A DNA stretch of 62,978 bases, filler included, from Reticulomyxa filosa (GCA_000512085.1; 14 parts of 14 records of this genome joined end to end with filler, not necessarily neighbours in it), one strand, 5' to 3'. Counted from the whole stretch's first letter, positions 13,069-29,364 are shown. The notes: generated by a model from the letters alone, not told the origin. Numbers and translations are program-made.

Positions 13069-14099
13069 ACACCACCAGGCCGATCACCAGCCACACCACA
13101 AAGCATACCCAGGTCAGCCACGACAGCTGGCTCATCAGGAACACGCAGAACACGATGGCCAGCGCCGGCACATACGGCACGCCCGGGCAGTGGAATTTGC
13201 GCGGCAGGTTCGGCTCGCGCTTGCGCAGCACGATGATGGCCGCAGCAATCAGCGAGAACGCGGCCAGGGTACCGATGTTGACCAGCTCGGCCAGCGTGCC
13301 CAGCGGCACGAAGCCGGCGATCAGCGCGATGATGGTACCGATCAGCCAGGTAGCCTTGTACGGGGTACCGTACTTCGGGTGTACATCACTGAAGATTTTC
13401 GGCAGCAGGCCGTCACGCGACATGGCAAACAGGATGCGGGTCTGGCCGTAGGTCATCACCAGGATCACCGTCAGCATGCCCAGAATGGCGCCCAGGTCGA
13501 CGAAGCCAGCAAACCAGTCCAGCTTGGCCACTTGCAGCGCCAGCGACACCGGGTGGTCAATCCCCTTGAACTGCATGTACGGCACGATGCCGGTCATGAT
13601 GGCCGATACCACCACGTACAGTACCGAGCAGATACCCAGCGACCACAACACGCCGCGCGGAATATCCCGATCCGGGTTTTTCACTTCTTCGGCCGCGCAG
13701 GTCACCGCGTCAAAACCCAGGAAGCTGAAGAACACGATGGCCGCACCGTGGAACACGCCACTCATGCCGTACGGCAGCGCCGGGTGCCAGTTGGCCGGTT
13801 TCACGTGCCATACCGCTACCGCGATGAACACCAGCACCACGGCCACCTTGATCAGCACCACGATATTGTTAACGCGCTTCGATTCCTTGATACCGAACGC
13901 CAGCAGCGTGGTGACCAGCATGGCGATGACGAACGCAGGCAGGTTGAACACGGTGGTCACGCCCGGGCGGGCGCCGGCGGCCGCCGTCAGCGCGTCCGGC
14001 AGGTACAGACCGAAACCGGCGATCAGGCTCTGGAAGTAGCCGGACCAGCCCACCGACACGGCCGACGAGGCCAGCAGGTATTCCAGCATCAGGTCCCAA
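13069..14099 (-). CDS. Bacterial APC-superfamily amino-acid permease (cationic amino acid transporter/YfnA-like), partial at both ends
   Basis: GC-rich, intronless, strong third-position GC bias. Motifs LEYLLASSAVSVGWSGY, FFSFLGFDAVTCAAEEVKNP, QTRILFAMSRDGLLP, LAELVNIGTLAAF. Confidence 0.93.
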
Positions 14100-14299
14100 N
14101 NNNNNNNNNNNNNNNNNNNNNNNNNNNNNNNNNNNNNNNNNNNTTAATTAATTAANNNNNNNNNNNNNNNNNNNNNNNNNNNNNNNNNNNNNNNNNNNNG
14201 AGTCACTGCAAAAAAATTCAGAGTCAAGTTGTTTATTCTTGTATACCGTGTGAAAATAAATACATCAATCAAATAGTAGCTTAACAATTGACACCAACT

Positions 14300-15433
14300 G
14301 GAAAGATCCAAGTTTTCAAGTCCATGAACATAAAAACCCATCACTGGAGCTATTACTCGCAAAACAGAACGGCGGCGTGTTCAATGTGAACAACAAGCAT
14401 CGTGGCAATCGCCAGGGAGGGAAAAAACACGACAAAACCAAATCTCTGGATGCAATGTCACCAATTGATTGGGAATCGGTGCCTGATATCAAGATGTTGA
14501 GCCATCCGAAGCCTTTGCCGGATCAATTGATCACAATGGACTCCACTTTAAACCAAGCGAAAGCAAATGAACAAGATCGCTCTACATATGAAATCTCTTC
14601 GGTTGCCGAAAATACCAACGATCAAACCACCAAGAGGCAATGGGGGAAATCTCGGTCAAGCACTGACTTTGACGAAGAACGCCGAGATAATCATGAGCAC
14701 GCACACAATATTGCGGTGGATCCTGCAAAAGTGCAAGACGCAAACGTGGAAAAGGTAAGCAATGAAAGTACCCACCCAGCCAATGTCAAGCATGTACGAC
14801 GGGTCAGCCAGTCTGCTGTGGTAAAAGATTCGCAGTCTGGAAGGCAATTTCTTGTTGACAACTTTGACACAACAGCGTTGGAAGAGTATCAAAGACATAT
14901 CATGTTCGGAGCGAAAGAAGAAAATATTGTTCAAAATACTGAACAGCAAAGTTATATGTACACATATGTGTACATATATGTATATAGGAGTATGAAATAT
15001 ACATATTGTGAGTATATTTTTGTTCGTAGATACGCAAACCGAAACTCATGATAAAGAAACACATGACCAGCAGCACGAAAAGCATAAAATAAAAAAGGGA
15101 AAAAAACTTAAACGAAAAACGAAAGAAAATGAAAAACATCGATCACAATCACGATCACAGGCCCGGGATGCCCATAAAAAGCACAAAGCGAAAGGCACTC
15201 TTCAAGGTGATCAAGTAGACCAAAATCAGCAACATTTGCAACCAACAATCAACTCCTATTATGATCAAGACTCACCTTCCTCATTTACCAGTGACTCAAG
15301 ATCAGCATCACCAAATTACGATCATGGAGACAATGATAATGATAACCTATATGTCCAATTTACTCCGCTGGACGATGATCGTCAGTCATCATCTTCACTC
15401 GACAACAAAGCTCCTCACCACGAAGAAGAGTAG
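14300..15433 (+). CDS. Hypothetical low-complexity hydrophilic protein, 5' partial; intron 14951-15029
   Basis: ORFs 14377-15051 and 15008-15433 join in frame across GTTATATG...TTCGTAG; stop at 15431-15433; start not identified. Confidence 0.6.
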
Positions 15434-16509
15434 TATTGTTACTTTTTCTCTTATCTTATCATCACATTCCTTTTTCTCTCTTTCTTTTTTTCAGAAATGT
15501 CATTAGTCTTGTTTTTGTTTTGATTTGGTTGTTTATTTTATTTTATTTTGGAGGATATCTCAGTCTATTTGCTTTGGAGAACTATTTGATGTCTTCATTT
15601 TATTGTTGTTTTGATGTTTACTTATGTTCTCAAAGTTTGAGACGTTTATTTTTTTCTTCAAGTTAGTTGTAACAAAAAAAGATGGCACACATTCCTTTTT
15701 ATCTTTTCATTGATGTATATTTTTTCTCTTTTTTTGTTGTTGGCAATTATGTAATTTTTTTTAAGTGGATATGGGATTGCAATAATCTACTGTGTGCAAA
15801 GTTTAATATGATGTTTACATCGGCTTGAATCGTTGACTTACAAAAAAAAAAAGCAAACTTTTGACAACCTGTTTAAGGGATGATAAAGTGTGAGATTTTT
15901 ATTTTTAACATTGAACCACGTTGAAAAACTTTTGTTTTTATTAAAATTAACGTTATAACCTATATTTTCACAATTGGCACAGCCATTCATTTTCTGAATC
16001 TCGAATTTATTGCAAACAAAAAAGTGCTAGTATTTCAGAAATTTGTGTTCCTCTTTCTTTTTCATTCGCCTTTGTTCTCTTTTGATTTGACGTGTTGTTT
16101 AGTGTGTTGCGATATTGACATTGCCCAAGTTTAATTTAGAGTAAATGATTTACGAAATTACTAGGACAATGACAACGTCGCATTATACTATCATCATTGT
16201 CTTAGCTTTTGTCAAAGCAAAAGTTAATGTTATTGATGGCAAGTAAAAAAAGAAAAGGAAAATAAAAAATAATATTACGTTATTTGTCGGAAAAATTTTT
16301 ATTATTGTTGGCGTTTTCATATTTATTTCTGTCTCTTTCACTGAATTTTTGCCAGTAGTTGTCCATGCAGGTTTGTTTGCGTGTATTTTTAGTTGATTTT
16401 GTGACTATTCCTTCTTTGCTTGCACTTTGCTCACTTGTCATACATGTGTTTTGGGGTTGTTCTTCATTATTGTTTCTATGATATTTTTTAGAAGAAATTA
16501 AGCAATCTG

Positions 16510-18393
16510 TTAAATCACAAGCACAAAGAAACAAAACTTTGCATCAGTTTGGCTAGCGCTCATTTTTTCACCATTTTCCATTTCTTCCAACACTTTCACC
16601 GTGCCTTGCCAAAGATTTGCCGAGCCAACAATTGGTACAGCAGCTATAAGATTATCTAACAAAGAATGTAACATTATTGCTTTTCGAGGAGCAAAATGGG
16701 CCACAATATCTCTTTTTGTATATTTTTTGCAAAAAGTGAAAGCAAAAGTCTTTAAAAACTGCGTTAAAGAAAAAAGAAGGATTTGAAAACCGCACCTAAC
16801 AAATGTTTGGCAATTGTTATGTGACCAACGATACGTAGGATTTCGAGTCTGCCAACAAATGACCCATTTGATAATGTCACTCAATTGTAAATACTTGCCA
16901 TGTTTTTCAGCTTTCAAACTGTCCAATACAAGCCACCGTTCAGTAAAGTTTCCTTGACAAACGTCCGCTCTCTTGGTGGTGGAAAACCAAAATGCTCGTC
17001 TTTGGTGTGGTTTGTTTGGCAGCTGCCATGTGTAATGTGCAATACACAATATGTAATTTGGAGTGTGTATGCAATATGTATTTTTTTAAAAATTAGCACT
17101 TAACGATAACCCAGCTATATCCATTGCAAAAATATTCAATTCGAAGCAAGCACTTATTTCCCTCAAACGCAATGGCCCAATGGTAAGGAAGCCAATCTTT
17201 GGCGATTGTTTTTTTGTTTAAAGGCGTGCGTACAGCATAGCACGTATGCAGTGTCTCTTCTGCTATTTTTCGATTCGATAGCACGTCTTCAATGCGGTCT
17301 CCTTCCCACGACCTTCTTATCGCTTGAATTAATGTTACACGCCAATGATCCAAGCGTGCCTTCGCATAGCCTTTGATCAATTGTCGCAATGATTCGGGTA
17401 TTTCATGACCTTGCAGTATCAAGTTGTCGAAAAAATTTGGATCACAAATCAATATTGGGCTTGAAAATAGGTGTTGAATATAGCTTTTTTTTTTTGAGAA
17501 TCGTTGGTATATCAACTTTTTTTTTTTGGAATGGACCAAACTCTCTTTGAAACTTTTTTTTGAAAAAATGATGGACTCATGCTCTCCCCCCCTCCTGCTC
17601 TGAACTTTTGTACAGCTTTGACAGTTTTTTGTAGCACTTGATCACTGCTGGACTCCTCTAAAGTTGCGAGATTAGGAAGCTTGGGTTGACGGAGTATTTC
17701 TGACTCTTTGTCTATCTTCGCTTGCAATTCTTCCAATCGATATTTCCTCCCACCATCAGGATAATGCCCTGTTGGAAATGCTTCACTATTTGAATCCTTG
17801 ATGTATTTCTTTTTTTTTTTTTTTTATACGTTTGTTAAAGTGCAAGTTGTCATATTAATCAAAAAAAAAAAAGTTGTTTTTCATCCCTCCGTCTATTTTT
17901 TTTGAGGGGTGTCACGAAACATGTAGTGAGGACAAGACGCTCTTGGAGGTTTGAAACGTGTAAAAATAATACTTTTGTTCATATTTGACCACTAAATTGA
18001 ACTGGAATATCTGATAAATTTTTTTTTGTAAGACCATTGTTTCCATGTACTATTTTGAAAGGAAGGGAAAATACGTACGCATTGCTGATGATCAATTATT
18101 GACATTCGTGGCTTCATCACTTGTGCTATGAACGCAAAATAGTCGTCGAAAAATCTTGGACAGCTCTCTTTGATTACATCTTGACAACAATTTTTTTTTT
18201 CAACATGATTTTCAGAGCACCTCCAAGGGTATACACCATATTTTTTAGGATTGCGAATTGTCAAATCCCAGTCACTTTCATTCGAAGTTATGGTTTCACT
18301 CTCTGAGCCATCAGAGCTCTGAATTGTATTTATATCCTGCTCATCACTTGTAGTCCGCATAGAAGCAAACAAGCCATTATGACGCTGATTCAT
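16510..18393 (-). CDS. Multi-exon protein with a putative permuted papain-like (PPPDE/LRAT-type NlpC/P60) domain; ends approximate
   Basis: His motif WLPYHWAIAFEG (~17160-17195) precedes Cys motif PTYRWSHNNCQTFVR (~16797-16840), the His-before-NC order of permuted NlpC/P60 enzymes. Exons correspond to ORFs 17992-18393, 17512-17736, 17093-17539 and 16510-17049. Confidence 0.55.
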
Positions 18394-18880
18394 AGCTTTT
18401 TCTCACTATAGGGGATACGGAAGTGACGCAGCTAAAAGCAACGAACTGCGTTGTTGCATTTACTTTATCTATTAATTAACAGATATTAATATCACATTTA
18501 TATATAAATTTTATTTGCAAAATTGGGTATTCATTTAAAAAAATATTTTACACAGGGTTAATGCAAATATCACATTAAAAAAAAATCTTTTGTAACATTT
18601 TACTCCAAGTATAAGCACTTGGATTTAACAAAAATTTTGCTTGAGCTTTTATATTCATGGGAAGTTTAATACTTTATATAAGTTTTAGAGGTGATCAGGA
18701 ATATGCAGTAACAAGCAAATTGGCAAATTTTCAGCAAAAAGTCTTAATGTTCTATTGTAAAAAATTATTTATGTTATTGAAACATATCGTATATACATAC
18801 GATATGCTATGTTTAAATTTATTGCCCTAAAGTATTAGAATTTAGCCAATTTATTTCTAATAGAGTTGAAATGAAATTTG

Positions 18881-20981
18881 TTAAGACGATTTTGTTTTCT
18901 TTTTAGACTTTTTACCTTTTTTAGTTTTTTTAATTTTTTTGTCTTGTTTGTCGTCAGTGTCATTCAGTTGCTTTTGCAAGTTTTCTAGTGTTTCAAGCAA
19001 TTGTTTATCTACATCTTGTTCAATTTCTCGCACTACAGAAGGCAATAATTGTTGTTTTAATAGTGGCACATTGTGTGTTTGGGTCGGGTTTTCTTTTTCG
19101 TCAACGTTCTCCCATCGTTCACACTGTTTTGATTTTTCAATTTTTTTTGCATACTTTAAAAACAAAAACAACACAATTTAATTTTAAACTTGTTGTATTG
19201 CCAGTTTCAGTTCATTTTTTACAATATCTGGCGTGGTAATATAGATATTGTCCCCATTATTTTCTTCTTGCTCTTTTTCATTATTTTTTTTTTTTGTGGT
19301 TCCATTTTTTGAATTTGCTTGCTTACTAGTTGGCTTCTTTTGTTTCGTTTTCGAACTCTCTTCTAATTCTTCTTCTGGAATTTTTTTAATTGGGTTTTTT
19401 GCAGCTTCTTTTTCTGCATAAAATCCTTCAAAACTAGTAGGGTACGCGCCTAAATTTATTATTATTTATAATTGTTTTGCTTTCTTGTTTGTCGCAATTA
19501 AAAAAAGAAACCTTGTGACTCTCGGTATTGAATAGCCCATTGGAATCTTTCTTGTCGGCTGTTCTCCCGAATTTTATGCTCTTCTTCCAAAATAACTTCC
19601 TTTCGTACTGTAGCAATCGAACGCATATATTGAATCTGATTTTCTATCCTCATATTAACTCTCTCTTGACGGACATGTTGTTGTTTTGCTTTTGCATTTG
19701 GCAAAATGACAACTTGTGGAGGCTCTTGAGGGTTTTGTGTGCAATTTTTATCAATTTGGACAAAGGGTAGGCTTAAATCATAAAAAACTGGATAATGTTG
19801 GTTGTCATGAATTTTGTTTATATTATTCTCTTCTTTCTGAATCGGATTTGATTCTATTTCTTTATCATTTATTTTACTTGGGATTTGTGATAAAAACATG
19901 TCGTTCGACGGACCTCCGTCCTTGATTTGTGTTGGCTCTACATCTGTCTTGGTCATGTATAAAGTTGACTGCAAAGGACAAGCCATATCCAAAAAATTTA
20001 GTTCAACTTGAATCATTTGTTCCACTTTTTTGCGTACCAAAAACCCACGCACTACTTTTTGAATCTTTGTGGCAGCTGCATTTGGATCCATTGTAAGGAG
20101 AGCCCGTTCACGCAAACGACGTAGTGGTAGATCTTCACTTAATTTCTTTCAACATTTTTTATTCAAGTTTTCGGGTTGAAAAGTCAGAAAAGAACAAGAG
20201 ATTGACCACAAAAAAAAAAGTAACTTTTTGAATGTTTGCAGACATGACACCCTGCCTTCCTCGTTCCATTTTTATGATAAGTTCTAATGCTTCACTAATT
20301 GTTAGCGATGGAGGTTGAACGTTCAAAAATGATTTTTCTTGTTTTGAAGTCTTTTCAGTTGCTTTATGTTCATTGAATACATTTTGTAGTAGTTCCAATC
20401 GATCCACAGGGATTGTGTCTTCTTCCAAAAAAAATTTTGCACATTGCAATTCTAATTGATAGGGATGCAAACGAAATTGATTAAATGCAATTTGGTCTAG
20501 ATTTATGTAGTGCCACGAAGTGCATTTTGGATACAAAGTGTTATGAGTGATTAGCAGCCTCTTGCATTGAAGCATTCTTGCCATAACTATATCAAGAACC
20601 AGTTTTATATCCATCCGTTTCTGTGGATGGATAATTTGATCGTAGCATTCTTCCAATTTGTTATATATTTGCAAGTACTGAATATAGAGTGAAGCGTAAT
20701 GATTATACGCTTCCTCAGGCTTTAATACTTTATGAGCAACTTGCGCCTGAGATATTCATGGACTCTCAATTGTATGGTAACTCAAAATGTTTGCGATGTT
20801 TTTTTTGGAAAGAAAAATAACTAACACTTGACTCCAAAGTTGGAGAATTTTCGCCGTTTTGAATGTCATCTGTACGATAAATGGCTTGATTTTCCTCCTT
20901 TTCAACAATTTCTAAAGTTGCAATGTCTTTCAATTGATCTATTGCTTCTTTCCAGTACCGTTCAAAATATGCGTGGGACAT
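18881..20981 (-). CDS. IQCA1: IQCA1/DRC11-like flagellar protein; N-terminal, IQ and Lys-rich parts only, no AAA domain
   Basis: YIQYLQIYNKLEECYDQIIHPQKRMDIKLVLDIVMARMLQCK and EALELIIKMERGRQG match the IQCA1 N-terminus; IQ motif AATKIQKVVRGFLVRK; ends KKTKKGKKSKKKTKSS*. Confidence 0.75.
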
Positions 20982-21336
20982 TAGTTAATTTGGCTCAATT
21001 GTTTTGTGAAAAAACCTGCATTGATCCTCTAAAAATATATGATGTCATAAACAACTCAGTGTGTATGTGGTTACACGATAATAAATTATGTAAAAAAATA
21101 GTCGTAGTGCACTAATTCTGCGTAACAAAATGCGTACAATGTATGTTTTTCCTCAAAGCAAATAAATTGACAACCACTGTGACAAACAAGAACGACACAA
21201 TGTTGTTTTTTCTTCCCCAAAGGGAATCCAAAACCAACACAACAATTTTTTTTTTTTTTTTGTCGAAACAGCTAATAGTTCGAAAAAAATTCTGAAAAAA
21301 AAAGAGGAAAAACAAAACAAAGTTTCAATTATGCTC

Positions 21337-23237
21337 TTATGCCAACATGAATGTCGACAATTTTTCTGGCAAATTTTGAATATTGTTTTCTTGTATTTCT
21401 TCTTCATTGTCAGAACTTGTACGTAAATAACTCGAACTGCAACTTGTTTCTGTATTATTGTCATTGTCACTTGGGACATCATTATACTCTTGCAGCCATT
21501 CTTGCAAAATTTTTTTTGGATAATGAGGTTCCTTGAAAATGTATTGGCCATTCGGATTATCACAGGGCGTATTGTTGTCCAAACAACCGCAAGGACCACT
21601 GTCGTGGCAGCGAATACCACTTCGCACACATTCACAAGTGTCGTCCCAACAGCATTGGTTCAACAAACTTTACAAAACGAACAAGCAAACAAAAATGTTT
21701 ACATACGTATATAATGTAATCAAACATAACAATAGTAATGTGACGAAATCTTATTATCAAAAAAAAGATCACGTGCTCAACTTCAATTTTTTCTTTTTGT
21801 TTTGAGTTTTGTTTTTGTTAACAAGCAATTTTTCCAAGGGCTGTCCAAAGCGATACGTATTTTGTGGAGAGTAACAAGGAGAAGAGGAAGGTTCGCGGAA
21901 ACGTGCAAGTAATGGATTGCTACTCTGCAGCACGTGATTTTTCACCCGCTCTTGCAGAGCTTTAAGATTTCCGTTCGCGGGTAAACTGTATCTTGCTAAC
22001 AACAAACACATTGCAAAGTGTTTTATGCTATTTCTGCAACTTAAATCAATGTACATGATACATGTATATGTGTATGATACCTAAAATTTTTCTCAATTCG
22101 CCAATTGATAATTTATTGATAGGTTTGCAAGTGCATCCCACACGCTTTCGACTTTTGCGAATCGACTCTAACTCTTTTACCTCTTCCTTTAACTTTTCCA
22201 TTTGCAAGTCGACGCTCCTTTTTTTTTTTTTTTTTTATAAGTTATTTTCCATCATCACACATAACACATAGCACAAGTTTATAAATCTGAGCTATCTTGC
22301 ATTATTGTTCAAAACAACATTAGTCACTAGGGAAAAAAATGTATGCAATGTGTTAGTGAGCCCTGGCTCCCCCTGTCGCTCTCTCTCCTGTCTAAAAATA
22401 ATTTTTTTTTTAAAAAAATTATTTTTAATTCTTTTATTTTGTTTTAAACTTATTTGCGTTGTTCAGTTTTTTAACACGATCTTTGTGAGTATAGCTATGG
22501 AAAATCTCGTCTTCTCGTCCTCGGGTGTACAAATCATCGTCGCTTACATCAGCGCACTGCCCTTGGGCCTGCCGTACTCGTTCAAGCAATTTTGACTTGC
22601 GTTCTTGCTCGAACGCGTCCACAGGAACTTGTGGTTTGCAATCAACCAATTCACCTAAATATAAGCTTGCTGCGCCTTTTTTTTTTTCAATTTAAAAAAA
22701 AAAAACGTATATAAAAACGCTAACACTGCGAAAAAGGGAGCCTTTTTTTAAAAAAATTTGTTTTTATTTGAACCAATCGCAAACGAAACAAAAATTTCCG
22801 AAGATTTCAGTGTTATTTACCTTGTTCAGGGACACCGTGTGACTCTTTTCCGGCTTTTTGTTCAAATTCAAATACTTGCACTTCCCCAAAACTGACACGA
22901 GGACTCGGGCTGCAAACGCGTGGGCTTGCAGACCCGGTGGGGCTTTTTTTCCCCAGAGTCACAGACAAACATAAAGAATGGATGCAATAATTGATAAGAA
23001 CTCGAGAAGTATGTTAAGCATAAAAGTACAACAATTTTGTGATATTCATTCCCTCGGCTTGGATTTACGTGTGTACCTGTCTAAAAAACAAAACAAAAAA
23101 CACCTAAATGAACACTCGAAATCGAAAGAAACAGACGTGTCTGCACCTGTTTGGGAAGGAGATTTAAGGATAGAACGTGATGGTTTGAGCTCTGGTGTGA
23201 AGGCACACCTCAGTTTGGCTGTATCAAGTATATCCAT
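21337..23237 (-). CDS. CSRNP/AXUD1-like cysteine-rich nuclear protein with inserted SAP-like motif; multi-exon
   Basis: SILKSP; RVSFGEVQVFEFEQ...HGVPEQG; EVKELESIRKSRKRVGCTC; CCWDDTCECVRSGIRCHDSGPCGCLDNNTPCDNPNGQYIF; acidic, Ser-rich tail. Confidence 0.7.
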
Positions 23238-23891
23238 TAAACACGATTAGAAAAAAATAGATTAAGAAATGTCCAAAGCAAAGTTTTAAAAAGTTTTTTG
23301 TAAAACATCTTTGCTTTAACCGATCTTTAAAATTTCTGCACCACAATGTATTTTTTGCATGTATTAATAATATACAATTTTAAAATAAACATTATAAGCG
23401 TAATCGCTAATTTTCGGTTTTCTAAGTGTGATACTATCTTGCGTAAATCTTTAAAACAAAAAAAAAGTTAACTTAATGCTAAGACAAAAATAAAATGAGA
23501 GTACAAACAAAATCTGTTGGAAAAAGTGCTTGAGAAAATTTTAACAATACGCAATTTCGATGTCGTTTGAACATTTTAATTTGCATTAAAACGTCTTATT
23601 TCACATTAAAAAAATTAGTTAAAAAGAATATCACATTTAAACATACATTATTTGTAAATTATCTTAACAAAATTTGGCATGAAGTTTGTTTTCCTTGAAA
23701 AAATTATTCTCATAAAATTGTATTTGAAAGAAATTGTGCTTTTACTTCATTTGGCTTGTAATTTTAAATAAAACAAAAAAAGACAAACTTAGTCGTTTGC
23801 AACTAAAACAATTAAAATACAAACAATAAGTGTCTAAAAAGAAATACAAAAATTACTATACTGTGAACAGTTTGGTTGTTTTGTCTTTGGT

Positions 23892-25738
<1,847 letters not shown>

Positions 25739-26369
25739 TTTTAGTTTAGATCAAAAATACAGTAAAGTGTTTGAACTATATTCGAACTGAAATTATGTTA
25801 AATTGTCTCATTAGCCTATCGTGCAAAATACGTCAATTCCATCATAATATACTTAGGGTAATATTGCTGCAAATACCTATTTTATTATTTAACGATGTAA
25901 TTGAAGTTTGCTGTAATTTAAAAAATAAAAATTATTGTGACTTAAGATGTATGTGATTTATCCAAGCATTTTTAATTTTCAAAGCCATCAATGGACAAAA
26001 AGTGCTTATAACATTAGATTTTATCTGGTCTTCAGTTTTTCACATCAACAGTATCTTTTTGACTTTCAAATTTTTCTTCAAATATTTGATATCCACTACC
26101 AAACACGAGAAAAATGATTGTAAAATTAAATAATGAAAATTTTTTCATACGATTTTAGAGTTTTGAACATTTGCAAAGTACATATTCACTTTTACAAGTT
26201 CAAAGTGTTTAGGCAAAAGGTTTAGACAAGTGACAAAAAATATTATAATCTTGCAAAGGTGACATCAAGGCCAACAAGAAAGACAGCATAAGGTGAATTA
26301 CTCACTAAAATTCTTTTTTGATGACGTCTGTAAATTTTGTTCTTACAAAAAATGTTAGGAAGACCCAAC

Positions 26370-27708
<1,339 letters not shown>

Positions 27709-28364
27709 TATTGCTCACTCATTTTTAACCAAGTTTTTTCCTTTTTCTTTCTTGACAATAATATGTCACCATTTTATCAGAAAATACATTTCGAATCTCG
27801 GCTTAAGCATAAATAATTTGATCGGTTACTTTGTGATAAAAATTACTTAAGTGAGTAAAAATTAAAAATAATCAATTTCAAATTTCAAAAGATCAAAGCT
27901 AAAAATATGTTGATACAAAGAAATTTGAATTTTCAAAACGAAATAAAAATGCGATAATGTGCGCTTGATCGTCTTTTCTGTATCCTTTTCCATCGTTGTT
28001 ATGTAAATCAAACATAAACTAACGTAAACTTTTAACAAAAAAGCAAAACTTTACTTAGAGCCACAAAAAAAGTCTTTGTAGTTTGTCACCAAAAGACAAA
28101 AAAAACTGAACCTCCTTGTAACCCTATTATTTTCATTTTAATTTTAATTGATTTCATAAAATACTCCATTAATAACAAATTCAACAAATTAATAAATAAT
28201 AATACATTTTTTAATTGAAAACGCAATAATCAAATTATGATGAATTGAAGAGTTTCTTAAAAAANNNNNNNNNNNNNNNNNNNNNNNNNNNNNNNNNNNN
28301 NNNNNNNNTTAATTAATTAANNNNNNNNNNNNNNNNNNNNNNNNNNNNNNNNNNNNNNNNNNNN

Positions 28365-28720
28365 CAAAATTGCATTTCAAGCAATGCAGGAAATGCTACA
28401 GATTAAATTATATTGCTGGTGAATGCCCAAAGAAGCGCACATAAATGTGTATTATGCAAAAGCAGCATCCAAGCGATTCATTGCAATGTGATGTGGTTCG
28501 CAAAGCAAGAAAAAAGCTTGACAAGGAAGGAAGACGCATTCTTGAATTTTTTTTTAGATGGGTTGCAGTGGGGTATCAAGTGTTGGATTACTCTCTCGCT
28601 TCATCCTCAGCTTGCACTGCTTTTCGCCATCTCTACCTGTAGGAAGATTGAGGTAGCACCAAGTGTAATAAGAAATGAAAGGTGTTTTCAAAAAGCAAAT
28701 AAAAGTAGTTAATAATTCAA
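28365..28720 (+). mobile_element. Decayed gag-like (LINE ORF1) zinc-knuckle fragment
   Basis: QCRKCYRLNYIAGECPK is CX2CX4(H>Y)X4C, followed by further Cys/His clusters with stops. Confidence 0.45.
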
Positions 28721-29011
28721 GATAAACAACGCAATGACAAGAAATAAGAAAACAGAAAAGTGAGAGAAGAAAGACAGTGGAGGTTGTTGAAGAAAAAAGG
28801 GTTCCCTCGTTCATATTAAGCTTCTACTGTAATTAGTAGGGCATTGCACTACATACCTCTTTCTAGTTAAAAGAGCACAGTAATCAAAAAAAGAAACATA
28901 AAAATAAAAGAAAGACACAAAATTAAAAGGTCCATGCAAAATAATCAAAAGAAAAACAATAAAGTTATTTCAATTAAAATTGAGATCTACTTGAGAAAAC
29001 TTGACAATTAT

Positions 29012-29364
29012 TCAAATCCTTCTCTTGGTATCGATTACGAACTTGGATGATGCTTTTACAACTTTAATCCTGATATCTGGTTTCCACGATCGATCCCCAA
29101 TAATGAATCGTTTCATTGGCAGGGACAATATATTGATATCTGGAAGCAATTCTTGGACATTTGTCCACCAACTGCGACGTAATTCACTATACCGCAAACA
29201 TTCCGTCAGGAAGTGCTCCACAGTCTCTTCTTCATCACACCAGATACAATCAGGAGACTGATCTTTGGATATTATGCAAATAATCATTTAATCCAATGTT
29301 GACAGTAATCAACCGACAATGAATGTAATACAATCTTTTCAAATAATTGACCTCCATCAGGTTG
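29012..29364 (-). mobile_element. 3' end of LINE ORF2 (C-terminal CCHC zinc-binding region)
   Basis: SPDCIWCDEEETVEHFLTECLRYSELR...FVIDTKR, a typical C-terminus of non-LTR RT proteins; cut by the spacer. Confidence 0.75.

Noticed and set aside
13155-14155. Long plus-strand ORFs (321, 187 and 98 aa) over the permease
   Set aside because: Antisense shadow ORFs caused by high-GC codon bias.
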